Assembly: GCA_964482695.1 (NCBI GenBank)
Contig: CAYZYP010000001.1
Span: 132,143-196,142, forward strand
DNA from: an uncultured Gammaproteobacteria bacterium
GTDB taxonomy: Bacteria; Patescibacteriota; Patescibacteriia; Magasanikbacterales; GWA2-37-8
Direction of reading: 5' to 3'
DNA length: 64,000 nucleotides
A model generated the notes under the pieces. It was not told the DNA's origin. It was given only the letters and a program-made list of their open reading frames with translations, and searched no databases. Below are positions 29,198 to 38,059 of the stretch, one piece after another. The translations under genes and the position numbers were made by a program. The first letter of the stretch is position 1; every line of letters begins with the position of its first letter.

Positions 29198-29590
29198 TTA
29201 TTTTTTTAAATCTTTAATTACTTCATAAACATTCTCCGCGCATCCCGCTGGCAAATTATTTATATCAAACCAATTCCATTCAACCACATCCGCGCCCGGT
29301 TTAATTTCACCGATTCTTTTTGCTAAATAATGAACCAACACATAAATTTTGTCGTTTTTGCGCGTTAGCAAAGTTCTTAATGGCTTTATTATGTCTATTT
29401 TAATTCCCATTTCCTCTTTTACTTCCCGCCGACAAGTTTCTTCTAAACTAGCATCAAAATCTTCTACTCTGCCTCCAGGAAATAGCCATGGAGTAACGCC
29501 GTAATCTTTTTGTTCTTTATTGAGTAAAACTTTGTTATTTTCAATAATCACTGACCCGGAGGCAATAATGATTTCTGGTTTTTGAGGCAT
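29198..29590 (-). CDS. NUDIX hydrolase
   Basis: Nudix box GGRVEDFDASLEETCRREVKEEMGI. Confidence 0.85.
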   Translation of the reverse strand: MPQKPEIIIASGSVIIENNKVLLNKEQKDYGVTPWLFPGGRVEDFDASLEETCRREVKEEMGIKIDIIKPLRTLLTRKNDKIYVLVHYLAKRIGEIKPGADVVEWNWFDINNLPAGCAENVYEVIKDLKK

Positions 29591-29651
29591 ATTTAATATA
29601 CTTACAAGTGGATTTATGGTATCATAATTTTAATCAATTAACAAATTCATT

Positions 29652-30548
29652 ATGTCTTGGGTATTTTTGGCTATTTTGTCGCATTTTTTTTGGGCTATAG
29701 GTGATATCGGGAATAAATACTTCGTCGAGCATAGGGTTAAAAATCCTTATGTTTATTTGGTTTGGTTTACTATTACTGGCGTAATTGTTTTACTAGCTAT
29801 TCCATTTATTAATTTTTACATACCTCCAATAAATATTTTGTTATATCTAACGCTTGCCAGCGCGTTGTATTTTTTTGGCGGTTTGCCATATATTAAAGCC
29901 ATGCAAATGGAAGAGCCGACCAGAATTAGTGTTTGGTGGAGTTTAATACCTGTTTTTAGTTTAATTATTGGCTGGATATTTTTGGGAGAAATATTTACCC
30001 AATCACAAATAGTTGCCTTTAGTTTGTTGGTTTTAGGAGCTTTTATAGTTTCCGCTCACGCGCGAGGCAAAAAATTGATATTTTCTAAAGCTGTTTGGTA
30101 TATGGTAATTGCTTGTTTAGCTTTTGCTTTGTACGCGATTATATTTCGTTATTGTATGAGGTTTACTTCATTTACCAATGGTTTTGTTTGGACGCATTTG
30201 ATTATGTTTGTTTTTTCTTTTACATTATTTATTCAAAAGAAATTTCGTTTGGATTTTAGTTATGAGATTAAGCGCGCCAATACTGGTTTATTATTTTTAA
30301 TATTGATTTTGGCTACCGTGGCTCACATGGGCGCTTTTTTTAATCAATGGGCTCTGTCTTTGGGATCGGCCGCTTTGGTGTTTGCTTTTGAAGGCTTTCA
30401 GGTTTTATTTGTTTTTATTATCGCTAGTTTGTTATCTATATTTTTGCCGAGTATAATTAAAGAAGAGTTAGACAAACGAAATTTAATTTTAAAAATATTA
30501 GCTTTAATACTCATGATCGCGGGGATTTTAGTCTTGGCTTTTAATTGA
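29652..30548 (+). CDS. EamA/DMT-family membrane transporter
   Basis: Ten TM helices in two 5-helix repeats. Confidence 0.7.
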   Translation: MSWVFLAILSHFFWAIGDIGNKYFVEHRVKNPYVYLVWFTITGVIVLLAIPFINFYIPPINILLYLTLASALYFFGGLPYIKAMQMEEPTRISVWWSLIPVFSLIIGWIFLGEIFTQSQIVAFSLLVLGAFIVSAHARGKKLIFSKAVWYMVIACLAFALYAIIFRYCMRFTSFTNGFVWTHLIMFVFSFTLFIQKKFRLDFSYEIKRANTGLLFLILILATVAHMGAFFNQWALSLGSAALVFAFEGFQVLFVFIIASLLSIFLPSIIKEELDKRNLILKILALILMIAGILVLAFN

Positions 30549-30566
30549 AATTCATATAAAAAGAAC

Positions 30567-30600
30567 GAACCCCGGGCGGCGATAGGTCCGTTCCGGGGTT
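30567..30600 (-). terminator. Rho-independent terminator for minus-strand mini-gene
   Basis: On minus strand: AACCCCGG-loop-CCGGGGTT followed by CGUUCUUUUUAU; overlaps stop codon of 30601-30768. Confidence 0.6.
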
Positions 30601-30768
30601 TCATAATAATCCCTCCTCTTTGTGGGCGTCGACGATCAACCGGATCGCCGACCGAAAAAAGATCACTACGTAAGCGCCAAGCAAAAGCCATGGCATGGCT
30701 CGCTCGGCGCCGACCACGCTACAGCAGACAAAGTCTGCCACAGCTTGAAAAAAGAAAAACCAATACAT
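30601..30768 (-). CDS. 55-aa hydrophobic peptide, GC-rich codon usage
   Basis: ATG at 30768 preceded by AGGAGG with 5-nt spacer; MYWFFFFQAVADFVCCSVVGAER...; G/C-ending codons unlike neighbours. Confidence 0.5.
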   Translation of the reverse strand: MYWFFFFQAVADFVCCSVVGAERAMPWLLLGAYVVIFFRSAIRLIVDAHKEEGLL

Positions 30769-30790
30769 GTTGCCTCCTTGTCTGATGTTT

Positions 30791-30819
30791 TGTATATCAA
30801 GAATAATAAGTTGTGTCAA
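30791..30819 (-). promoter_or_regulatory. Sigma70-like promoter of the mini-gene
   Basis: Minus strand TTGACA (30814-30819) - 17 nt - TATACA (30791-30796). Confidence 0.4.
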
Positions 30820-30868
30820 TTATCTTATCGGCTTGATTTAATTTTAGTTAAGTGGTTAAATACTTAAT

Positions 30869-31675
30869 ATGCAAACAAAATTTGTCATTAAAAACGGCCA
30901 ACTAATCCCAACCGAGCAGGCTGGTGTTTCGGTTTATAGTAAAGCGCTATTTTTTGATTTTTGCGTTTATTCTAATATAAAAGTGATGGCTGGAAAAATG
31001 TTTTTGCCGGAATTAGAAATAGAAAAATTATTTGAATCAGCCAATGTCTTGGGAATTGAGTTTAAACATAACAGTGAAGAAGTATTGGCTTGGGCGCGAC
31101 TACTTATACAAGAAAATGATCTAAAAGACGCCTTAATTCGCCTACTACTTGTGGGGCAAGAACAAGATCGCGAGGCCGAATTATTTATGTTCGCGGTTGG
31201 CTTAACTTATTATCCAGATAAATATTATAAAGAAGGGGTAAAACTCATTACCTATCATGGCGAGCGGTTTATGCCTCAGGTAAAATCCAAAAATTTGCTG
31301 ATGAGTTATTTAGCGTATAACGAAGCGCACAAAGCCGGCGCTTTGGATGCCTTGTTGATTGATAATGATGGAAATATCCGCGAGGGCACGCGTAGTAGTT
31401 TTTTTGTCATAAAAAATAATATTTTAATTACGCCCCCGGCTAAAAAAGTTTTAGGTGGTTTAACTAAAAAAATAATCTTGGAAATAGCACCCAAGATTTT
31501 GACTGTTAGAGAAGAAGATATTGCTTTAAAAAATATTACTAAGTATGACGAGTATTTTATTTCCGCCACTACCATGAAGATTATGCCAGTGAGTTGGATT
31601 GATAGCGCGCGAGTTTCGAGTGGTGCTAATGAAAAAACTAAACAATTAATGAAGTTGTTCAAAGAAAAGTATTAG
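30869..31675 (+). CDS. Class IV aminotransferase (branched-chain / D-amino-acid aminotransferase family)
   Basis: Fold-type IV motifs incl. EGTRSSFFVIKNNILITPP and PLP-lysine region. Confidence 0.75.
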   Translation: MQTKFVIKNGQLIPTEQAGVSVYSKALFFDFCVYSNIKVMAGKMFLPELEIEKLFESANVLGIEFKHNSEEVLAWARLLIQENDLKDALIRLLLVGQEQDREAELFMFAVGLTYYPDKYYKEGVKLITYHGERFMPQVKSKNLLMSYLAYNEAHKAGALDALLIDNDGNIREGTRSSFFVIKNNILITPPAKKVLGGLTKKIILEIAPKILTVREEDIALKNITKYDEYFISATTMKIMPVSWIDSARVSSGANEKTKQLMKLFKEKY

Positions 31676-33261
31676 AATTTTTTCACCATATATCCATTTT
31701 CCAGCTTGTATCCCAACTTCCGATAATACCCCCTTACGCCTATGCCGGAAATAACCGCTAATTTGGTTATTTTCTTTTTCTGACAAATTTTTTCCGCTTC
31801 GGCTAATAATTTTTTACCCATTCCTTTGTGCTGGCTATTTTTCTTTCCTTGTTTTCCAATGCCTATAAGCTGTCCATAGGTATGGAGTTCGCGGATAAAA
31901 GCGGGGTATTCTTTTTTTGGTGACAAACGTAGACGGCAAAAGGCATAGACAATATTTCTGTTCGCGTCTTCACAACTTAAGAAATACTCAGTGCCATTGT
32001 TGGCTTGGTATTTGTCGGTGAACAGTTTAATTTTAGATTTTAAATTGTAGATGGCAGATTTGTCTACATGTCCGACTTCGCGGCATCTTAAACAATTACA
32101 CCTTGTTTCTTCTTTTTTCATCTCGGCTTGAATAACTTGGCGCAAGTTAGTGACTTTGTTGCCAGCTTGAACGTGGTGGCCTGGGATATCGCGAATTAGA
32201 CGTGAGATGCGCACATAGCGAGGGATTTTGGTTTTAAATTTTTTAATTATTTCTATTAATTTTTTATCACTGTATGGTTTGTACTTGCCTTTTTTAAACC
32301 AACTAAATAATTCGGAATTTTTAATTACCGTGCAAGGATAAATTTTTATCATGTCTGGTCGATAGTCGGAATTATCAAAAATTTCCAGCATCATTTTTAA
32401 ATCTTTTGTAGGAGTTGAACCAGGCAGCTGTGGCATTAAATGATAATCAACTTTAAAACCGTAGTTTTTTAGCAGTGCGGTTGCTTTTTTTACCGCTTCG
32501 CTATCATGCCCGCGTTTGATAAGTTTAAGAATTTTATCATCAGTAGTCTGTACTCCCAACTCTACTCGCGTACAACCAAACTCACGCATTACATGGATAT
32601 TTTGTTCATTAATAAAATCCGGGCGCGTTTCCAATGTCAGCCCGATGATGCGATGTTTGGCGGTTTCATTTTTTATTTGGATTTTATTTAAGTATTTTTT
32701 TAGTTTTGTTATTGTTCCCCCCTTTTTTTCAGTATTTGTTTTATTGGCCGCTTCAAAACACCTGCTAATAAACCAATATTGATAATCCTGCATGTAAGCG
32801 TTCCAAGTGCCACCTTTAACGATTAGTTCAATTTTGTCGGTCGGGTGGCCATTTTGTTCCAAAGATATTATTCGTTGTTTAACTTGCTCATAAGGATCAA
32901 AATCTAACATCAAAGCGCGAGCGGCCGCTGGTTCGTCGGCAATATAGCTTTTGGGCATTTGCTTTTCGTCTGGGCAATAAATACATTTGCCAGGGCAGGG
33001 GAATGGCTTGGTCAGTACTGTAATAATTGCCACGCCAGACAGAGTGCGCACTGCTCTTTTAGTAAGTAATCTTTCTAGCGCCAGGTTCTTTTTTAGCTTG
33101 TTTTTAGCTACTAATTCATGGTATAATTTAAGCAGTTCTTTTTTGGTGGGAATGTGGTTAAAATCAGGGAGAGAACGCAAAAATTGCCGTTTAATATTTT
33201 CTAATTCATCAGCGGTTTTTGGGAATTTTTTGATTATTAATGTTAGTAAATCAGTTAACAT
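31672..33261 (-). CDS. elp3: Elp3-like radical SAM + GNAT acetyltransferase (tRNA wobble-uridine modification homologue)
   Basis: Radical-SAM cysteine triad CPGKCIYCP; C-terminal GNAT region (GIGKQGKKNSQHKGMGKKLL); 4-bp overlap with upstream aminotransferase end. Confidence 0.8.
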   Translation of the reverse strand: MLTDLLTLIIKKFPKTADELENIKRQFLRSLPDFNHIPTKKELLKLYHELVAKNKLKKNLALERLLTKRAVRTLSGVAIITVLTKPFPCPGKCIYCPDEKQMPKSYIADEPAAARALMLDFDPYEQVKQRIISLEQNGHPTDKIELIVKGGTWNAYMQDYQYWFISRCFEAANKTNTEKKGGTITKLKKYLNKIQIKNETAKHRIIGLTLETRPDFINEQNIHVMREFGCTRVELGVQTTDDKILKLIKRGHDSEAVKKATALLKNYGFKVDYHLMPQLPGSTPTKDLKMMLEIFDNSDYRPDMIKIYPCTVIKNSELFSWFKKGKYKPYSDKKLIEIIKKFKTKIPRYVRISRLIRDIPGHHVQAGNKVTNLRQVIQAEMKKEETRCNCLRCREVGHVDKSAIYNLKSKIKLFTDKYQANNGTEYFLSCEDANRNIVYAFCRLRLSPKKEYPAFIRELHTYGQLIGIGKQGKKNSQHKGMGKKLLAEAEKICQKKKITKLAVISGIGVRGYYRKLGYKLENGYMVKKF

Positions 33262-33335
33262 ATCTAGAATTTATACACGTGTAAATAATTCGCGTAGCGC
33301 CAGGTTATTATATATTAATTCATTATTTTTGCAAT

Positions 33336-33623
33336 ATGAACAGACGTTTATTTGGAGAGGAATTAAAAACGCAGAAGGTCGCGCAAACGGAAATATTGTC
33401 CGGATATTACGAAAATATAATTAAGTATGTCAGGGATAATATGAGTTTTGCAGACCAACAACGTGGATTGACCGATGAAGAGATAGTTGGGATAGGAGAC
33501 GATGGGACTTTGCAGGTAAAAGTTAAATTGTCAGGGAATACTAGCAATCTTGATGAAATGATTTCCTTGCACAGGGCGCATCTTGACTCTTTGAAGAAAA
33601 AACAAGGCGGTGTCGTTAATTAA
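33336..33623 (+). CDS. Hypothetical 95-aa protein
   Basis: ORF only; no SD; not recognised. Confidence 0.3.
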   Translation: MNRRLFGEELKTQKVAQTEILSGYYENIIKYVRDNMSFADQQRGLTDEEIVGIGDDGTLQVKVKLSGNTSNLDEMISLHRAHLDSLKKKQGGVVN

Positions 33624-33628
33624 AAAAT

Positions 33629-34333
33629 ATGACTCACGCGATTATTAAGAAAACCCGCGATGATTATAATAAGATCGCCAAGCATTTTTCTGATACTCGT
33701 AATTGGGTGTGGCCGGAGTTAAAACAAATTAAAGATCTAATAAAGGACGGGCAGAATATATTAGATTGGGGGTGTGGCAATAGCCAGTTCTTAACATTTT
33801 TGAAAGAAAAAAAAATTAAATACCACGGTTTAGATATTAGCAAAGAGTTGCTTAAATTGGCGCGTAAAAAATGGAAAGCTTTGGTTAAAGAAGGTAAGGC
33901 AAAATTTTATTGTACAGGAAGTAGAGAAAAAAAATTTCCAGCTGATTTTTTTGACTTGGTTTTTATGATAGCTTCTTTTCATCATTTGCCAGACGAAAAA
34001 AGTAGATTAGATTTATTAAAAAAGATTTACCATGAAATGAGAAAAAAAGGTCATTTAGTAATTACTGTTTGGAATTTGGAAAGTGATTGGGCTAAAAAGA
34101 AATTAAAGTTGGATTTTAAAAAAATAGGGGAGAACGAATATCTTATTCCTTGGAAAAACAATAAAGGAGAGATAGAGACAGAAAGATATTATCATCATTT
34201 TTCTAAACAAGAGCTAGGTGATTTGCTAAAAATAACCGGGTTTAAAGTTAAAAGCTTAGATTATTTTAATCAAAACACCTTTTCTAAAGACAAAAAAAAC
34301 AGCCGGAATTTGGTGGCCGTGGCTGTAAAATAA
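33629..34333 (+). CDS. Class I SAM-dependent methyltransferase
   Basis: Motif I ILDWGCGNSQFL; DLVFMIASFHHL. Confidence 0.75.
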   Translation: MTHAIIKKTRDDYNKIAKHFSDTRNWVWPELKQIKDLIKDGQNILDWGCGNSQFLTFLKEKKIKYHGLDISKELLKLARKKWKALVKEGKAKFYCTGSREKKFPADFFDLVFMIASFHHLPDEKSRLDLLKKIYHEMRKKGHLVITVWNLESDWAKKKLKLDFKKIGENEYLIPWKNNKGEIETERYYHHFSKQELGDLLKITGFKVKSLDYFNQNTFSKDKKNSRNLVAVAVK

Positions 34334-34346
34334 ATTTTAATTATTT

Positions 34347-34438
34347 TTGTCATTTCGAGCGAAGCGAGAAATCTCTGTCTCAATTACTGATTTTAAATAT
34401 ATCGAGACAGAGATCCCTCACTGCGGTTCGGGATGACA
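34347..34438. repeat. ORF-less inverted-repeat element (MITE-like), same family as GIY-YIG element ends
   Basis: TTGTCATTTCGAGCGAAGCGAGAAATCTCTGTCTC ... GAGACAGAGATCCCTCACTGCGGTTCGGGATGACA with only a 17-nt spacer. Confidence 0.65.
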
Positions 34439-34468
34439 TTGATTGGGATTTAAAATTTAAGATTTGCT

Positions 34469-35692
34469 ATGCGTATTCTCCAAGCTCACAAATATTTCTA
34501 TCGTCGCGCCGGAGCGGAAGCGGTTTTATTGGATACCATAATCGGGCTGAAAGCGCGCGGGCACGAGGTGGTGGAATTTTCGGTTGCTAACACAAAAAAT
34601 TTACCTTCGGAATATTCTTCGTATTTTATAAACATTGAGCCGGAACTAACTGGCATTAAATACAGCGCTTTTACTTCGTGGAAGATTTTTAAGCATTTAA
34701 TTAGTTCTAAAGAAGTTGATGCCAAATTAAGCGCGTTAGTAATGGCCGCCGAACCGCAAGTGGCTCATTTGCATAATGTTTCGCGACAGATGTCGGCTAC
34801 TACTTTTATTACTTTAAAAAAATTAAAAATTCCTATTATCATGACTGTGCACGATGTTCAACCAATGTGTCCTAACCACCGCATGATTACAAAGCATGAA
34901 TTGTGTGAACGTTGCTTTTGCCACAAATATTATAACTGCGCTTTACACAAATGCATTGACAATTCACGAGCCAAAAGTTTGGCCGGAATGATAGAAGCCT
35001 ATTACTATTACTTGCGTCGAGTTTGGAGCTTAGTAGATATATTTATTTGCCCCAGCCAGTTTATGTTGGATAAAATGACAGAATGGGGTTTTCCTAAAAG
35101 TAAATTGCGTTTAGCGCGCAATCCACAAACTGTGCCAGCAGATTGCCCGCCATTGGGTAAAAAAATCGTTTATTTGGGTCGTTTGCACGAAGAAAAAGGT
35201 ATTAGGGTGTTTATGAACGCTATCAGGCAGTTGCGCCAGTATCAAGTAGTTGTTGCTGGTGATGGCCCGGACGAAGAATTAGTAGAAAGAAATATTCGTC
35301 AGTATGGTTTAAATAACGTTGAATTAATTGGCCGGGTACAGGGCGAAAAGTGGCGCGAAGCAATGCTTCAGGCCAAAGTAGTGGTGGTGCCATCGATGTT
35401 TTACGAAAATTGTTCAATGACTGTTTTAGAAGCTTTGTCTTATGGACGTATTGTGGTGGCCGCGGATAGAGGTGGAAATAGTGAACTAATTACCAATGGT
35501 GAAACCGGCTTTTTGGCAGAAGCGGAAAATAGCGATTCGTTTGTTACTTTTATTCGTGAAGCAATGGAATTAAAAAGTGAAGAGGCGCAGGAAATTGCTA
35601 ACAATGGGCGCAGGTTGGTAATGGATAATCACAATGTGGACGGGTATTTTAAGAAGTTGGAAGAGGTATATGAAGAAGTTGTAAAATTATAA
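34469..35692 (+). CDS. Glycosyltransferase family 4
   Basis: GT-B fold; ENCSMTVLEALSYGRIVVAADRGGNSELI (E-x7-E). Confidence 0.8.
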   Translation: MRILQAHKYFYRRAGAEAVLLDTIIGLKARGHEVVEFSVANTKNLPSEYSSYFINIEPELTGIKYSAFTSWKIFKHLISSKEVDAKLSALVMAAEPQVAHLHNVSRQMSATTFITLKKLKIPIIMTVHDVQPMCPNHRMITKHELCERCFCHKYYNCALHKCIDNSRAKSLAGMIEAYYYYLRRVWSLVDIFICPSQFMLDKMTEWGFPKSKLRLARNPQTVPADCPPLGKKIVYLGRLHEEKGIRVFMNAIRQLRQYQVVVAGDGPDEELVERNIRQYGLNNVELIGRVQGEKWREAMLQAKVVVVPSMFYENCSMTVLEALSYGRIVVAADRGGNSELITNGETGFLAEAENSDSFVTFIREAMELKSEEAQEIANNGRRLVMDNHNVDGYFKKLEEVYEEVVKL

Positions 35693-36858
35693 ATTTTTAA
35701 AGTCTGTTTGGTAATATCTTGCCAATTATAATTTTTTTCCACTAAAACTTTATTTTCTTCACCAGCTTGTTCTAAGAGAGCTGGTTTTTTTATTAGTTCA
35801 ATAATTTTTTCAGCCAAAGAAGCAATACTGGCGTTATTAAACCAAAATTGATCGTCGGTAATAATTTCTTTGTGTTCGGAGATGTCGGAAACCAAGACCG
35901 GGCGAGCATGGGACATGGCTTGCAAGACAGTTATTGGTAGCCCCTCGTTTTCTGAAGGATGGACAAACAAAGCAGTATTAGCATAAAGTTCTTCTAACGT
36001 TTGGCCGCTTTGCCAGTCGGTAAAAATAATACTATTATCGCCCTTGGCGATATTTTTTAGGTCATTTAAATAATTATCGGTAAAATTAGAACCGCCAACA
36101 ATAACTAATTTGTAGTCTTGTAAAAGTTGGGGACATTGTTGACGAACAAATTGCCAAGCGGTGAGTAAATAATGCGCTCCTTTGTGCTTAACAAGTCGAG
36201 AGACCATGAGTAAGTATTTGTTTGATTGCAAATTCCATTTCTCTTCTATGACCCCTCCTACAGTCCCCCTTTTTAAGGGGAGGATAGAAAAGTTTGGTGT
36301 TCTAACACCGTTTGGAATGTAGGTGGTTTGTTTTTTGTATTCATTTAAATAATAGCTTTGCAATGTTTTGGAAACAACAATTGTTTGGTGAGCAAATTTT
36401 ATAGCTGTCCATTCGCCTAGGCGCAACATTAAGCGCGCCAGCCAGTTCCATTTTTGATGATAACGATCTAAACAATGAGAAGTGGTAATTACTTTGGCGC
36501 TTGGCAAAAAAATACGAGGGATAAAACTTAACAAAGACGGACCAACACCATGATAATGAATAATATCCGGTTTTTGAAATAAGGCGTGGATGGTAGAAGT
36601 TAAAGTGTGGGTGATAGCGTCTAAATGTTTGGTGCGCAAGCTAGGAGTATAAATTATTTTTATACCATTAATTTTAGTAATATTTTTTGGGCTATACCAT
36701 TTACGAGCGTAAACCAAAATATCATGGCCGTTTTTTGCCAATTCTGTTGCCAGCTCTTCTACGTGGCGCTCTATGCCGCCATAAATAGCCGGGATTCCTT
36801 TTTGTCCAAGCATGATAATTTTCATGTTTTTTGTGCTTAAAACAGGCAACAATAGCAC
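35629..36858 (-). CDS. Glycosyltransferase family 4 carrying an in-frame GC-rich hairpin insertion
   Basis: GT4 motifs (NEGLPITVLQAMSHARPVLVSDISEHKEII); insertion encodes ...LPLKRGTVGGVIE... at 36250-36290. Confidence 0.75.
   Translation of the reverse strand: MLLLPVLSTKNMKIIMLGQKGIPAIYGGIERHVEELATELAKNGHDILVYARKWYSPKNITKINGIKIIYTPSLRTKHLDAITHTLTSTIHALFQKPDIIHYHGVGPSLLSFIPRIFLPSAKVITTSHCLDRYHQKWNWLARLMLRLGEWTAIKFAHQTIVVSKTLQSYYLNEYKKQTTYIPNGVRTPNFSILPLKRGTVGGVIEEKWNLQSNKYLLMVSRLVKHKGAHYLLTAWQFVRQQCPQLLQDYKLVIVGGSNFTDNYLNDLKNIAKGDNSIIFTDWQSGQTLEELYANTALFVHPSENEGLPITVLQAMSHARPVLVSDISEHKEIITDDQFWFNNASIASLAEKIIELIKKPALLEQAGEENKVLVEKNYNWQDITKQTLKIYNFTTSSYTSSNFLKYPSTL
36250..36290. repeat. GC-rich hairpin mini-element (CCCCTTtttAAGGGGAGGATAG), in-frame in GT4 gene
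   Basis: 6-bp stem CCCCTT/AAGGGG with 3-nt loop; the same motif occurs at 39041-39062 and 38356-38372. Confidence 0.5.
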
Positions 36859-36870
36859 ATCCTAGCCTTT

Positions 36871-36915
36871 TTGTCAAGGGTGGGGTTGACAAGTTTGGCT
36901 AAAATATGCTATTAT
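36871..36915 (+). promoter_or_regulatory. Sigma70-like promoter with overlapping operator-like inverted repeat
   Basis: TTGTCAAgggtggggTTGACAA inverted repeat; TTGACA (36886-36891) - 18 nt - TATTAT (36910-36915). Confidence 0.5.
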
Positions 36916-36971
36916 TCGCCACAAGTTTTCTATCTCTAACCGTTTTTTCTTGGAAAGGAAGAGGAAAAAGA

Positions 36972-37175
36972 ATGTCGAGACCGACGACAAGAGAACGAGA
37001 CCACCTCGATCTGGAACTGGCTCAGCTAGAAGATCTCCGGGCAAATGATTTTACTTTGCCTCCAGATCTTGATCTGGACGAAGTGCTCGGCAAAGAAGGT
37101 TTCAAAGGATTTACCTTAGGACAGGCTGGGTTGCTCACCTGCAAGCCCAAGCCGTCGCGGCGGCTGCGTTCCTAG
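36972..37175 (+). CDS. 67-aa hypothetical protein, foreign (GC-rich) codon usage
   Basis: GAGGA SD 6 nt before ATG; MSRPTTRERDHLDLELAQLEDL...; CTG/GAC/CTC codons dominate. Confidence 0.4.
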   Translation: MSRPTTRERDHLDLELAQLEDLRANDFTLPPDLDLDEVLGKEGFKGFTLGQAGLLTCKPKPSRRLRS

Positions 37176-37187
37176 GTGGATCCAAAA

Positions 37188-37252
37188 CCCATACCGCTCG
37201 TGCGCTTCTTGGCCCTTTCGAGGGCTGACTTGCGTCGGGCGGTATGGGGTTG
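37188..37252 (+). other. Long GC-rich nested hairpin (terminator or structured RNA)
   Basis: 10-bp outer stem CCCATACCGC/GCGGTATGGG enclosing GCCCTttcgAGGGC; followed by UUGUUCGUUCU. Confidence 0.35.
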
Positions 37253-37492
37253 TTCGTTCTGCCTCGCATGCCGTAGCTTTGCGAAGCGAAACGAAGGCAT
37301 GTGGATAACTCTGTTTGACTATGCTGTAACAGTATGATAGTTTAAGAATAATATATTAAGACTTTATGAATTTTAATTTACATACAACCCCAACCTGGAC
37401 AAAGCGTACTATTTTGGTAAAACGCTATTTTGGTTTTTGGGGTGAGGTGTGTAAAATTAAAAAATAAAAAGTTTACAAAATAAATAAACACA

Positions 37493-37530
37493 ATCACCCT
37501 GAAGGCCAATAGAGCGTCAGGGTGATTTTT
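37493..37530. terminator. Rho-independent terminator (bidirectional)
   Basis: ATCACCCTGA-14 nt loop-TCAGGGTGAT + TTTTT; A/T-rich tract also on the opposite side. Confidence 0.65.
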
Positions 37531-37602
37531 AAACCACAAATTTTTACACGAATTAACACAAATATGGAATTTAATTCGTGATTAGTGTAAATTTGTGGTT
37601 CG
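37531..37602. promoter_or_regulatory. Long imperfect palindrome (operator / cruciform candidate)
   Basis: AACCACAAATTT...GAATTAA / TTAATTC...AAATTTGTGGTT arms (12 + 7 bp matches) around an 11-nt centre. Confidence 0.35.
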
Positions 37603-37719
37603 TTCTTTACAAAAAAGTGTTTAGCCAGAGGAAAAGATTTTAAAAAATGTTTTTCTTTGGCTGGGCAGTTGAGTCTAGCATTTCAGGTCGGCACAAAGCC
37701 GGCCATCAAGGAGCGAATC

Positions 37720-37893
37720 ATGGAAACCACCGAAAACACCCCCCAGACCACCAACCAGTCACCTCGCCCTGTATTGGACGCTCACCACGAGCGGGTGATA
37801 CTTCTCTTCGGAAAGAAGAAAGTGTCCCACCAGCTCAAGGTGGATCCGTACACAGGTGAGGTGCTGGAGGTTCCGGCCTTTCTTCTGCGCTGA
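37720..37893 (+). CDS. 57-aa hypothetical protein, GC-rich codon usage
   Basis: AAGGAG SD 6 nt before ATG; METTENTPQTTNQSPRPVLDAHHERVILLFGKKKVSHQLKVDPYTGEVLEV... Confidence 0.4.
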   Translation: METTENTPQTTNQSPRPVLDAHHERVILLFGKKKVSHQLKVDPYTGEVLEVPAFLLR

Positions 37894-38059
37894 GCAGAGG
37901 AAGCCGGCCACGTGGTCTGGGCAACGGCGCGCAAAACATCGTGCGCCGTCCCATTAGAGAATATAATTAGATTGTTAGTTTATATTCTGTAATGGCGCCA
38001 GGAACTTTGTATGTTCGTGGCAAAAAATAATAAAAATTGCCGAGAAAGGAGAAAAAAAC

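Noticed and set aside
30622-30867. Plus-strand 81-aa ORF antisense to the hydrophobic mini-gene
   Set aside because: No SD or promoter, odd composition; it is a shadow of the better-supported minus-strand gene (though an antisense RNA here is not excluded).
36906-36971. Upstream extension of the first islet ORF
   Set aside because: The start would lie upstream of the predicted -10 element. The internal ATG at 36972 has a proper SD.
37647-37859. Called ORF encoding an Arg/Pro/Gly/His-rich 70-aa product
   Set aside because: The composition is typical of an off-frame read through GC-rich coding DNA. The overlapping frame starting at 37720 has an SD and protein-like composition.
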